Positions 41,215-53,380 are shown, numbered from the stretch's first letter. The stretch: 64,000 nucleotides of DNA from Octopus vulgaris (GCA_951406725.2 OX597838.1:25420001-25484000); one strand, 5' to 3'. A program made the numbers and translations. Notes: generated by a model not told the origin, from the sequence alone.

Positions 41215-41400
41215 TCATCATCATCATCATTTATCGTCCGTTTTCCATGCTAGCATGGGTTGGACGGTTCAGCCGGGGTCTGGGAAGCCAGGAGGCTGCA
41301 CCAGGCTCCAGTCTGATCTGGCAGTGTTTCTACAGCTGGATGCCCTTCCTAACGCCAACCACTCTGTGAGTGTAGTTGGTGCTTTTTACGTGCCACCGGC
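41215..41400 (-). mobile_element. SINE family C, 3' part
   Basis: Nearly identical to 19363-19540. Confidence 0.85.
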
Positions 41401-41926
41401 TCAGGTGATGGTTGTAATATTTTTTTGATAACATAATAGAGGTGAGATAGAATGATGTCTATATTACAAATATTACAATAACTAGTAACATGTTGTGCAT
41501 GTATAGTAATATTATGATCATGAAATTAGCATCAGCTTATCTTACACTTTCTCAGGAAACCCCTAGGAAACTTTTGTGGAACCTTAGGGTTCTGGGGAAC
41601 CCTGGTTGAGAAACGCTGCTCTAAAGAATGGACTAAACAGGACAGGTGGAGACACATGGGATGGAGAGTCACTGAAGAGGTCACAGATTGTGTGAGAAAA
41701 GATGTCAAAGGACACAAAATTAAGAACAATAACAAAGCTAAAGTGAAGAATTACTATATAGTACATGTGTTTATTTGACAAAAAAAAAGGCAATCCTGAA
41801 ATATAACAAAAACTGCTTTTCGTTGGCCAATTTATTTTAATTTTGTAGAATTGTTAGATTTTTCTTGGTCTAACCTTCTCTTATTGTCATTTACCTTCAT
41901 CTGTCTTCATTTCTTTATCATTACAG

Positions 41927-42026
41927 GTTGAAGAGATTCGGCGAATGATCGACAAAATATCTGACAATGTGGAGGCAGTTAAGAAAAAACATAGTGATAT
42001 ACTATCAGCCCCACAGACTGATGACC
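41927..42026 (+). CDS. stx1: Syntaxin-1 internal coding exon (Habc domain helix a), 100 nt, phase 0 to phase 1
   Basis: A pyrimidine tract and ttacag acceptor end at 41926, and a GTAAGT donor starts at 42027. The exon translates [33 protein letters not shown] plus one C. This matches the syntaxin-1 segment VEEIR..IDKI..NVE.VK.KHS.IL..P. Length and phases match human STX1A exon 3 as I recall it, and the final C fits the Gln that follows QTDD in squid syntaxin. Confidence 0.95.
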
Positions 42027-42319
42027 GTAAGTCTTCAATATTTATTATTGCCATATTATTTGTCTATCTTCTTAAATGTCTTGTCTTCATTTTTTTCCAG
42101 GTGATATTGTTTGTTCTTTAGTGTTTCTTCTTTGTCTCTATCTTTCCTTTGGTTCTTCTCTTTCACTTTTTATATTCTTGGTCTACTGTTTCTTTTGTCT
42201 TCTTTTCCCCATATCAAATTGTGTAATACAATGTGTGCAAATAAACTGCCATGCTTTCGAAACATTTGCAGCATGTATTGAACTGGCAAATATCTATTCT
42301 TTTCATTAATATGTATTTC

Positions 42320-42715
42320 ATGTATGTATGTATGTATGTATGTATGTATGTATGTATGTATGTATGTATGTATGTATGTATGTATGTATGTATGTATGTA
42401 TGTATGTATGTATGTATGTATGTATGTATGTATGTATGTATGTATGTATGTATGTATGTATGTATGTATGTATGTATGTATGTATGTATGTATGTATGTA
42501 TGTATGTATGTATGTATGTATGTATGTATGTATGTATGTATGTATGTATGTATGTATGTGTGCAAATAAACTGCCATGCTTTCGATGTATGTATGTATGT
42601 ATGTATGTATGTATGTATGTATGTACTGTATGTATGTATATCTATGTATGTATGTATGTATGTATGTATGTATGTATGTATGTATGTATGTATGTATGTA
42701 TGTATGTATGTATGT
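42320..42715. repeat. (TATG)n microsatellite; perfect for about 235 bp, then interrupted by a 30-bp unique insert
   Basis: Directly visible. Confidence 0.95.
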
Positions 42716-43044
42716 GTGTGTGTGTGTGTATGCATGTATGTATGCTATGCACATACACACACACACACACACTTCCATTGGTTCATATTGGGCAAATAAG
42801 AGGAGTGCTCAATACATGTGGAAGATATGGGTTTTCTTTTATTGTAAGTGAAATTGCGAGTTTGTCTCAGTACTTGAGTTTCATGCCACTGTGATCTGCA
42901 GGTGAGAACTGAAGATCACAGTGGCCTGAATCTTGAATTGTGAGACAAACTCTCAGTTTCAATAAGACAATTATTTACATATATATGTGTGTGTGTACAT
43001 GTATGTAAGTGTGTGCGTGTGTGTGAAAATGAAATGTGTGAAGG

Positions 43045-43330
43045 TGCATGAGTCAGTGGTTAAAACATTGGGCTCACGATCATGAGGTAGTGAGTTCAAT
43101 TTCTGGACCAGGTTGTGTGTTGTGTTCTTGAGCAACAGTTGCTCCAGTTCACTCAGCTGTAGAAATGAGTTGCAACATCACTGGCGCCAAGCTATATCAG
43201 CCTTTCCCTTGGACAACATCAGTGGTGTGAAGAAGGGAGGTTGGTATGCATGGGCGACTGCTGGTCTTCCATAAACAACCTTGCCTGGACTTGTGCTTCA
43301 GAAGGTAACTTTCTAGGTGCAATCCTTTAA
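43045..43330 (+). mobile_element. tRNA-derived SINE related to family D
   Basis: Head gcatgagtcagtggttaaaac...gagttcaatttctggaccagg, followed by tgtgttcttgagcaa. Confidence 0.65.
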
Positions 43331-43419
43331 CTGTAAATGAAATATGAAATAAACCAAAAATGAAGTGGAAAAAAGGTTGTGTATTCCAGTAGGTGTTAGA
43401 ATTTGATCCCACATTTCCA

Positions 43420-43612
43420 GGACACCAGTATTTTTACCTCATACAACTTATACAGATGTCTTTTAACATAGATGAGAGTCATGTGTTTTCTAGTTCTAGC
43501 AACACTTCTTCATTAGTTTTATGTTTTGTCCAAGATATTCTTAACATTCTTGTATATGTCCACATTTCAAAAGCTTCTAGTTTGTCAAACAGGATTTCCA
43601 TCAATGTCACTC
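43420..43612 (-). mobile_element. RTE-clade LINE RT C-terminal fragment
   Basis: The minus strand gives DKLEAFEMWTYTRMLRISWTKHKTNEEVL, matching LEAFEMW.YRRML.ISW....TNEEVL. Confidence 0.85.
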
Positions 43613-43614
43613 AA

Positions 43615-44108
43615 AATCGCTGATGTGGCCGATGACAGTACCGTCTGATTGGCACTCGTGCCAGTGGCACGTTAAAAGTACATCTGAGCGTGGTTGTTGC
43701 CCAGGCCACGGATTGGCTCCTGTGCCAGTGACACATGAAAAGCACCATTCAAGCATGGTCGTTGCCAGTGTCGCCTTACCGGCACATGTGCCGGTGGCAT
43801 GTGGAAAACAACATTTGAGCATGGTCGTTGCCAGTGCCACTGGACTGGCTCCCGTGCAGGTAGCACGTAAAAACACCTTTTGAGCGTGGTCGTTGCCAGA
43901 ACTGCCTGACTGGCCCTCGTGCTGGTGGCATGTAAAAAGCACCCACTACATTCTTGGAGTGGTTGGCATTAGGAAGGGCATCCAGCTGTAGAAACCGTGC
44001 CAGATCAGATTGAGCCTGGTGCAGCCTCTGATTCACCAGTCCTCAGTCAAACTGTCCAACTCATGCTAGCATGGAAATAGACGTTAAATGATGATGATGA
44101 TGATGATC
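43615..44108 (+). mobile_element. SINE family C copy with about 5 internal ~60-bp tandem units
   Basis: The unit gtgcc.gtggcacgtaaaaagcacc...gagc.tggtcgttgccag repeats, followed by aggaagggcatccagc and a (GAT)n tail. Confidence 0.85.
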
Positions 44109-44769
44109 ACTCACTGCATGATAGTTTAGACCAGTCCTTGATTTAATCAAATCAGTTTGTTCTGGGTTTTCCTCTTGAGTGTTCATCATTTACTTTTCCT
44201 TCTAGCAATAGTCTTTGTATACCTCGTGCTCCTATATGTGTGTGTGTGTGGAAGGTACATAGCCTAGTGGTTAGGGTGTTGCATTCAGGATTGTAAGATC
44301 CATATTTCAGTCCCCAGACTGGGCGGTGCATCATGTTGCTCTGTGATCATTTCAACTTCTAATGTGTGGCACGCTTGTACACCTGTACAGGGGGTGTTGA
44401 TTTGGAGGAAGTGAGCTTATGTGCAACGCAAACATTTGATCACTATAAACAAATCATCTATGTGGTGGATCAGCCAGAAATTAGAAAATCCTCATCCATC
44501 ATCTAATGCTGGCAGATTTTGTGATGTGTGTGTGTAATATAGGTAATTTATATCAGCATAATGTATGTGTGTGTGTCTGTATATATAACATATATATATG
44601 TATATTAATATGTTTTATCCAATACTTTGAATCTAAGAAAATATTGTCTTGCACTAAAGGTTAGAGATTAAATGTGATAACCAGGTTTGGAACTGAATTC
44701 TTTATTCCAAGTGGTCTAACAAATTTCTATGCACTTGTTACTTTACTCAGTACATGTGTGTGTTGTGTG

Positions 44770-44816
<47 letters not shown>

Positions 44817-44956
44817 CACAGTATGTCTGAATAATATATGTATATAGTTGTATATGCATCTATCTGAATCTATTTATTTATATGCGTATATGTATTCTAT
44901 AAGCATGTGTATGTATGTGTATAAATGTGTGTGCTTGTGTATATATATATACACAC

Positions 44957-45001
<45 letters not shown>

Positions 45002-45884
45002 AATGGAAAGTTTACAAAAATAAACAAAAGACGAAGGCAGGTGGAGTACAAACAAACAAATTTATTAGTATAGCACTCAGGAATAGAAAGTCTTTTACGT
45101 TTCGAGCCTACGCTCTTTGACAGAAAGATGCACAGAAAAAAACAAGGAGAGAAAAAATGCATGTAGGAGCTAATATGTTTGTATGTATGTGTGTATGCAT
45201 GTCTGTGTTTGCATGTATATACATACACCACACACACACACACACACAAACACATGCACACACAAAAATATATATTTATATAAATACCTGTGGGTTACTG
45301 AATACAAACCTGAGAAAACATAAAACGAGAGACAAAAAAAAAATCCCCAAAATGTGCAGAGTATCAAAGTGCAGAATAATATAAAATTCATTGGAAGCTG
45401 AAACCTGGCAAAATATGACTCCCAAGATTCCACTTTCAGCTCTTCTGTATCAGGATTCACTTCAGTGTGAACATCTAACAGCCAACACCCTCCACCAAAC
45501 CTGCACTTCACTGTCATACATTCTATTGTAAGTGCATATATTTGCACATGTGTGGGCGTTTGTGGGTTAAGCTGGCACTGCAAGAATCCATCCAGGCAGG
45601 CTCATTTGGTGAAGAACAAAATGCTAATCTTCTGTGGTATTCAGTGAATGCACATATACGTGTGTGTGTGTTTGTATGTATGTATTTATACATATGTATA
45701 TATACACACACAAACATATGTATATGTGTTTGTATATACACACACGTTTGTATATGTGTGTGTATATATATATGTATATAAGTGAATGTATATACTCATA
45801 CGTTTGCATATATGTGTGTATATATATGTGTGTGTGTGTGTGTGTGCATGTGTTTGTGTGTGTGTGTGTGTATATATATAAATA

Positions 45885-46047
45885 GGGACTGGAGTGGTTG
45901 TGTAGTAAGAAGCTTGCTTCCCAACCACATGGTTCCGGGTTCAGTCCCACTGCGTGGCACCTTGGGCAAGTGTCTTGTACAATAGCCTCATGCCGACCAA
46001 AGCCTTGTGAGTGGATTTGGTTGATGGAAACTGAAAGAAGCCCATTG
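45885..46047 (+). mobile_element. SINE family A, 5' half
   Basis: Contains ggttccgggttcagtcccactgcgtggcaccttgggcaagtgtctt. Confidence 0.85.
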
Positions 46048-46410
46048 TGTGTGTGTGTGTGTATATATGTATGTGTATGTATGTATACGTGTATATATAT
46101 ATACATACATACACACGTTTGTATGTATATATATATGTGTATGTGTGTGTTTGTGTGTCAGTAAAATGCATTATATTGGTGTTTTAATTTGTGTTCATTG
46201 GTATTAAAGCACTCAATATGTATATATTTGTTGTAAAGTATTCTGGTTCTTTCATGTATGTGTTTATATCATATTGTAAGGACATGCACAGATATACCCA
46301 CAACCATATATCTTTGTGTGTATGTGTGTGCATGCACATGCATGTGTGTGTGTCCACACACATGCACCCTTGTACATATATATTTACATGCACGCTTGTG
46401 TGTCTGTGTG

Positions 46411-46460
<50 letters not shown>

Positions 46461-46714
46461 CATATATATATGCACACACATGCCTGTGTACATGTGTGTA
46501 TGTATCTATGCAAATATTTGCATGTATTTGTGAATGAGCTTATGTATATATGAGTGGTGTTTTAAATATATATACACATGTATATAATGTGTCTCTTGTC
46601 TTCTTAATATGTGTGTATGTATAATACACACACACACACATACATTCATATCTGTGTATACATACAAACATGTACACACACACACACACATATATATACA
46701 TACATATGTATATA

Positions 46715-46759
<45 letters not shown>

Positions 46760-47534
46760 AACGTTTATATGTGTGTGTAAATATAAGCATACATACATAT
46801 ATATACATACCTACATACACATATACATACTTACATACACATATACATACATTACATACACACACACATACACACACACATATATATATGAAGCTGTGTG
46901 AGCAGAATCAGTGCAAGAGGCACCGTATCTCTTTAAAGAGAATACTGAGAGGCCTTTGTGTCTAGTATTTTCCCTAAACACTTGAAGGCAGCTCGGTTTT
47001 GTTGAGTTAGATCTTTTGTTGAAGCTCCATCTGTCTTTTGTTGCTGCCAGAATATCTTAATGTCTGCTGCCGCTGCCGCTGCTGCTGTCACTTGCAATCA
47101 ATACACTCCTATAAACCGACTGATGCTATCAAATGATCAACACAACTGTTTTTATTACTAACTCCACTGCTGCTGCTGCTGCTGCTGCTCTCATCTTTTC
47201 TTCTACACTTCTACGGCTGCACTACTGCCCTACTATTGTACTTTACCATTTTGCTGTACTCTTACCACACTGCTCTCCTGCTGCTGTACTTTTATAGCAT
47301 TCTACACAACTACTGTTACCCCGCTGCTGTACAACTTTTGTGTTCTGTTACCTTACTGCCTTACTATTACTATAATCTGTCACTGTCCTGTCCCACTATT
47401 ACTCGGCTCTATTACAGTACTGCCTTACTATAAGCTGTGTTCTATTTCTGTACTGCCTTGCTCTTATTGTTTTCTATTTCTCTACTGCTTTACTATTACT
47501 GTTCTGCTATTACTTTCCTGCCTTATTACCACTA

Positions 47535-47746
47535 TATTCTTTTCTACTCTAGGCACAAGGCCTGAAATTTTTGGGGAGGGGGCCAGTCGAATAGATCGAC
47601 CCCAGTACGCAACTGATACTTAATTTATTGACCCCCGAAAGGATGAAAGGCTAAGTCAGACTGTCACTATATTGCCTTGCTTCTGAGGTTTATATATTTG
47701 ACTTTCTGGTTTCCCCCAAATATACAGCTTTGTGCCTTACTACTGC

Positions 47747-47792
<46 letters not shown>

Positions 47793-47981
47793 GAGTGTGG
47801 CATTTCATCCAACATAATGAGTTGAAATTCTGACAAGGTCGACTTTGCCTTTCTTCCTTTTGTGTGTGTGTGTGTGGGTGTCAATGAATCAAGTACCAGT
47901 TACACACTGGAGTCAGTGTAATTGACTAACCCTCCCACCCAAAATTTCAGGTTTTGTGCCTATTGTAGAAAGGATTATTAC

Positions 47982-48033
<52 letters not shown>

Positions 48034-48590
48034 GTGGCATTTCACCCATCACTACATTCTGAGTTCAAATTCCATCAGGGTCGACTTTGCCTTTCATCCT
48101 TTCAGGCTTGATAAATTAAGTACCAGTTGAGTATCAGGATCGATGTAATCAACTTACACCTCCTCGAAATTGCTGGCCTTGTGTTAAAATTTGAAATCAT
48201 TATTATTAAAGCAACAAGTTAGCAGAACTGTTAGCATGCTGGACCAAATACTTAGAGGCATTTCGTCTATCTTTGCATTCAGAGCTCAAATTCTGCCAAA
48301 GAGGGCTCTGCCTTTCACCCTTTTGTGGTCGATAAAAATATGTACCAGTTAAGCACTGGGGTCGATGTAACTGACTTAACTCCTCCTTCGAAATTGCTGG
48401 CCTTGTGCCAAAATTTAAAACCATTGTCTGAAACCAGTAGAATTGTTAGCACAGTGAGCAAAATGCTTAGTGACGTTTCTTCCAGTTTTACATTCCGAGT
48501 TCAAATTCTGTTGAGGCCGACTTTGCTTTTTACCCTTTCAGGGTCGATAAAATAAGTACTAGCTTAGCACTGGGGTCGATCTAATCGACT
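47535..48590. mobile_element. Cluster of five SINE family B copies separated by (ATT)n
   Basis: One - copy (47535-47660) and four + copies (about 47795-47975, 48035-48200, 48205-48425 and 48435-48590). Confidence 0.85.
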
Positions 48591-48877
48591 TTTAAAGATG
48601 ATGGTCAATGCCAGTAGCAATTACCTGTCCTCCATCTCCTCCCCCCCGTTACTGTTTTATCTTTGACCCTCACTTTTTACACATCTATGCCTGCCTTATG
48701 AGATATGGATACTATGATGATAATCTGGCTTCCACACCAGCCGTCATCTTGCAGAATAACTGTTTATTGTCAATCGTAGGTTATTGACAGTTATAATGTT
48801 TGTCATGAATATTTGATTCATCGCAAATCACATCTTATCACAAATATAGCTAATATATTACTTAAGTATATAAATCA

Positions 48878-48909
<32 letters not shown>

Positions 48910-49083
48910 TTACATTTATGTATGTATGTATGTATATCAATATATATATATATATATATGTGTGTGTGTATATGTCATTGACTTGTATAATATGCTTGTG
49001 TATATAAATGCATAATATATATGTATATTATGTGTACACACATTCATAATATATGTGCATCTCTCTCTTTTCCTCTTTCTCCT

Positions 49084-49119
<36 letters not shown>

Positions 49120-49640
49120 TTATATATATCCAGGTGCAAATAGACCATCTGTTAGAGACAAACAACTGAGGCTATATTTATGCTTACACATGTGCATTCT
49201 TTGTATTCACTTGGGAACAGGAGAGGGTAGCACTCAATGACCCCTCCTCCCATGACCCCATTTGCCATTCCTTCCGGAATGGCTGACATTGATGTCGTTG
49301 ATATTTAGCTTTAAATTCTGGGAGGTTGATGCCATCATCATCGTCATCGTCGTCGTCGTCACCATCACCATTATGTTTCAACATCCAGTTTTCCATGCTT
49401 GCTTGGGTGCCAGACAGAATTTGCTTAGGCAGGTTCTCTTACAGCCTGGTGCACTTCCTGTTACCAACAGCTCACCTATTTCCAAGCAAGGTGATATTTC
49501 TGGGTGAAGGACACCACTTGCATGCTGGTGACATTTGTTTACAACTATCATGTGATGTCAAGGCAAGGACACACACATACACTATCTCTCTCTCTCTCTG
49601 AATAACTGATATAGAAGACAGAGCATGCTGGAAGCTTTAT

Positions 49641-49752
49641 TTATCACAACAATCAATTTTGGCATAATTCTGCACTGCTCCCTAGTGGATAGGGAACAGT
49701 ATAATAAATTCCAATGCACCCCACAGTGCAGAAGTGCCTCATCAGATGACAT
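49641..49752 (-). ncRNA. Hammerhead ribozyme relic with a mutated core
   Basis: The minus strand reads tgtcat CTGATGA ggcacttctgcactg...cagtgcagaattatgcc AAAA ttgattgtt gtgata. Stem II is long and stem I is 6 bp, but GAAA reads AAAA. Confidence 0.5.
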
Positions 49753-49874
49753 AATTCCAAGTTATATAAGTGATATTTCACTGATAGGCTTACCTAGATG
49801 ATTTTTGGTAGTAGTCGCGCCTCAAATACATCGATGATGCATGAAGAATGCTTACAGTATCGTATATATACTTT

Positions 49875-50600
49875 GACTCTTTTACTTGTTTCAGTCATTT
49901 GACTCTGGCCATGCTGGAACACTGCCTTAAAGGGTTTTAGTCGAAGTAACTGACCCCAGGACTTATTCTTTGTTAGCCTAGTACTTATTCTACCAGCCTC
50001 TTTTGCTGAGCTGCTAAGTTATGGGGACATAAACACGCCATCATCAGTTGTCTATATATATATCTTTTATTTGTTTCAGTCATTTGAACTGTGCCCAAGC
50101 TTGAAAGGTTTAGTCAAATAAGCTAATTCCAGTCCTTGTACTGCTTTAAAGTTTGGTTCTTATTCTGTCAGTCTCTTTTGTTGAACTGCTAGGTTACGGG
50201 TATATAAACAAACACTGGTCGTCAAATGGTGGTGGTGGTGGGGTCAAACATACATGCATAGACACACGCATACCATCGTCATTATCATCATCATACGTCT
50301 GCTTTCTATACTGGCATGGACAGTATGATAGGGAACCTGTGAGGTCCAGGGTTGCATTGAGACCCTTTGTTATCTTTGGCATGGTTCCTACAGCTAGATG
50401 CTCTTCACAATGCCAACCACTTTACAGAGTGTATTGAGTGCTTCTTCTTTTTTTTTGTGCCACCAGCACTAGTGAGGATTCTATGTAACTTGCAAGACAA
50501 GATGGGCTTCCACACAGTTTCTATCTACCAAATTCACTCACAATGGGAGTGAACTGAGAACCATGTGGTTAGGAAGCAAACATCTTACCACAGAACCATG
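49875..50600 (-). mobile_element. Nested fragments of SINE families A and C
   Basis: Same family motifs as the other copies. Confidence 0.7.
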
Positions 50601-50607
50601 CCTGTGT

Positions 50608-50642
<35 letters not shown>

Positions 50643-50850
50643 TGTGTGTGTGTATGTTTGTATACACACACACACACACACACACATGTGTATAGAGTAA
50701 GTGGGCGGGATATAAAGAAACCATAAACAAAATACAATGAAATCTAAAGGAAAGAAAGATTTTATTTATTTTATTTATATTTATTTATTCTTGGTTGTAT
50801 TTTCACTCACTGAAAGCATTTGTAAAAGTTTTATAGTTTGTTTGTAGAAA

Positions 50851-50883
<33 letters not shown>

Positions 50884-51119
50884 GTTATAGGTGGCATGTG
50901 TTGTCTACCAACAGATAATCGATTAAAACTACTGATATGAACAGTAATGGCATATTTATTGTCTATTGATGCTGTTGCTGTTGTTGCTGTTGTCGGGAAC
51001 TTATGACAAATCACTGGCAGAATTTAGAAAAGGCAGCAAACTGGTTGAATCGTTAACACAACAGAGAAAATGCTGAGTAGCATTTCTCATTGCTTTATGT
51101 TCTTCATCATCATCGTCAT

Positions 51120-51645
51120 CATTGTCATCATTTAACGTCCATTTTCCATGCTGGCATGTGTTGGAGGATTTGATCAGAGCTTGCGAGCTGCACCAAGCTC
51201 CAGTTTTTTTTGGCATGGTTTCTATGGCTGGATGCCCTTCCTAATGCCAACCACTTTATGGAGGATGCTGGGTGCTTTTTACATGGCACCGACACAGGAC
51301 TCTTGCTGGCCAAACCTCTTCGCCAGCGGGAGTGGCTGTAACACTTCTGCTGTAGAGTACAGCAAGGCACCAGGTATCTCGGGTCCTTTGTCATCTTGTC
51401 TGAAAGATTCATTTAAGGATTGTATACTTGCAAGCTGCATCATGATCTCACTTGTACTAGTCACATGAAAAAAAGCACCCAGTACACTCTGTTAAGTGGT
51501 TGGCATTAGGGAGGGTACCCAGCTGTAGAAACCATGTCCAAGCAGAAGCTGGAACATGATGCAGTCCTTGGGCCCCTTAGAGCCTACCAAACTGTGCAAC
51601 CACTTCCATCATGGAACAGGGACTTCAAATGATGATTATGATGAT
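51120..51645. mobile_element. Two SINE family C fragments in opposite orientation
   Basis: A - copy lies at 51120-51300 (ggctggatgcccttcctaatgccaaccac) and a + copy at 51470-51645 (gtggttggcattagggagggtacccagc). Confidence 0.8.
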
Positions 51646-52478
51646 GAATATGTCTTATATTGTTTTTTGATTTTTTTCTGTCAAGACAACATGACTCAAG
51701 AGAATTTGGTTGATATCTCTAGCGCAATGGGTGGGCAATTTCTTAGAGGCTCGGTTGTTAACTTAAGTGATGGGGTTAGTTAAGTAGTTTTCGTGTGTTT
51801 ATAAGAGAGGGTGTGAGGGTGGAAGAGAGAGAGAGAGAGTGTGAGTGAAGGAGAAAGAAGGGGGATAGAGAGAAAGAGTGTTGTGTGGTGCATGTACGAG
51901 GAGATATAATGGGAGGTGTTGTGTAACTGGGAGGGTTGTGTAACTGTGATATGATGAGACTAAAACAGACTGTACATCATCCTCATCATCACCACAGCAG
52001 ATGGTTTGCTTAGGTTGCTTTGATAACATGTCCTTTCTCCTCATCACAATTGTTTCTTGCTTGTTCAGTTCACGAGGTCGAGCAACTTCAGATCTGATCT
52101 TGTTCTTTGTTCCCCCATCTTCCTTGGTCTTCTTTTTTCCTCCAACCCCCCGCCTCACATGCACGCATACATGTTTAACTATGTTCTCTTTAGCAGCGTA
52201 CTTCTTTCTATACATGCATCCATCTATATCTACCTGCCCGTCTGTCTGTCTGTCTTTCTTCTTTCTATCTATTTATCCATTTGTGTGTGTGTGTGTTTGT
52301 GTTTCTGTGAATATGCTTGTGTGTGTATATATCTATCTGTCTATCTATCTATCTATATATATATGTATATATGCATGTTTATAAATGTATGTGTATGTAT
52401 ATATATATATATCATGTGTATGTCTGTCTGTCCATCCATCCATCCATCTGTTTATCTATCCATCCATCCATCCATCCA

Positions 52479-52532
<54 letters not shown>

Positions 52533-52540
52533 CATGCATG

Positions 52541-53380
52541 CAGGGTGCAGTGAATAAACTGTTGTCAAAATTACGCAAAAATGAAAATAACACTGACATC
52601 TCATTTTAATAGATATATTTACCAAAATTGCATAAGAATATCTTGAAATACTAAAGAGTAAATTTATTCAATAAAATCGCCATTTGCTCCAACAACAGCC
52701 TCCAGACAACTTCGAAATCTCCTGCAGCTCTTCTGCATAGTCTCCTTGTTTAAGTTAGTGAATGCCTGCCATAATCCTTGCCTTCAGTTCATCTTTGGTG
52801 TTACAAGGTCTTGCTCAACTGTGCCTCACACATCATAATGAAGGGGGTTGCAGTCTGGAGAGTTGGTTGGCCAGATATTAGGGATGATGTGGTTGCAGAA
52901 ATTGTCTGACAGCTATGACTGGATTCTCCTGCTTGTGTGGCATGTTGCAGAGTCCTGTTGCCAGACATAGAATTTTCCAGTAGCCACCCTCTTGACCCAG
53001 GGCAGCACTGCCTCCTCCAGGCACTTGATGTAGGCCTCCGTGTTGAGTCTGAGGCCGTGTGCAAAGATGAATCGAGGCATAACGTCGCCATCACTAGTGA
53101 TCCCTCCAAACACCATGATGTTTACTGGATGTTTGATTTTTATCCCTTTCAGTACACGTCCTCAGATTGACACCCAAATACTCTGAAATGTTTGTATTGC
53201 AGCTTCCGGTGTAAATGCCAAGCAGTACAGCATATCGTTTCTAAATTTCTGGCAGTGTTGTTTTTCTTATAGACAGTGTCCAACTGACCCTACTATACTG
53301 TGTAGTCAACACAAAAACAAACGATGCACATGCGCAAAATTAAAAATGTAAAATGGCAACAATTTACCCATCGCACGTTG
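52541..53380 (-). mobile_element. DD37D/maT-type transposon relic with pseudogenised transposase
   Basis: Translates VMVFGGITSDG...YVWQQDSATCHTSRRIQS*LSDNFCNHIIPNIWPTNSPDCNPLHYDV*G. There are 37 residues between the QQD Asp and the position of the third Asp (now CAT, His). Imperfect TIRs are cagggtgcagtgaataaactgttgtca and tggcaacaatttacccatcgcacgttg|TA. Confidence 0.88.

Noticed and set aside
43640-43945. Regularly spaced repeats resembling a CRISPR array (also 57037-57425 and 7135-7680)
   Set aside because: The context is eukaryotic, the spacers are not unique, and there are no cas genes. These are tandem repeats.
52801-53170. Functional transposase gene
   Set aside because: It has in-frame stops, the third catalytic Asp is changed to His, and the element is only about 840 bp.
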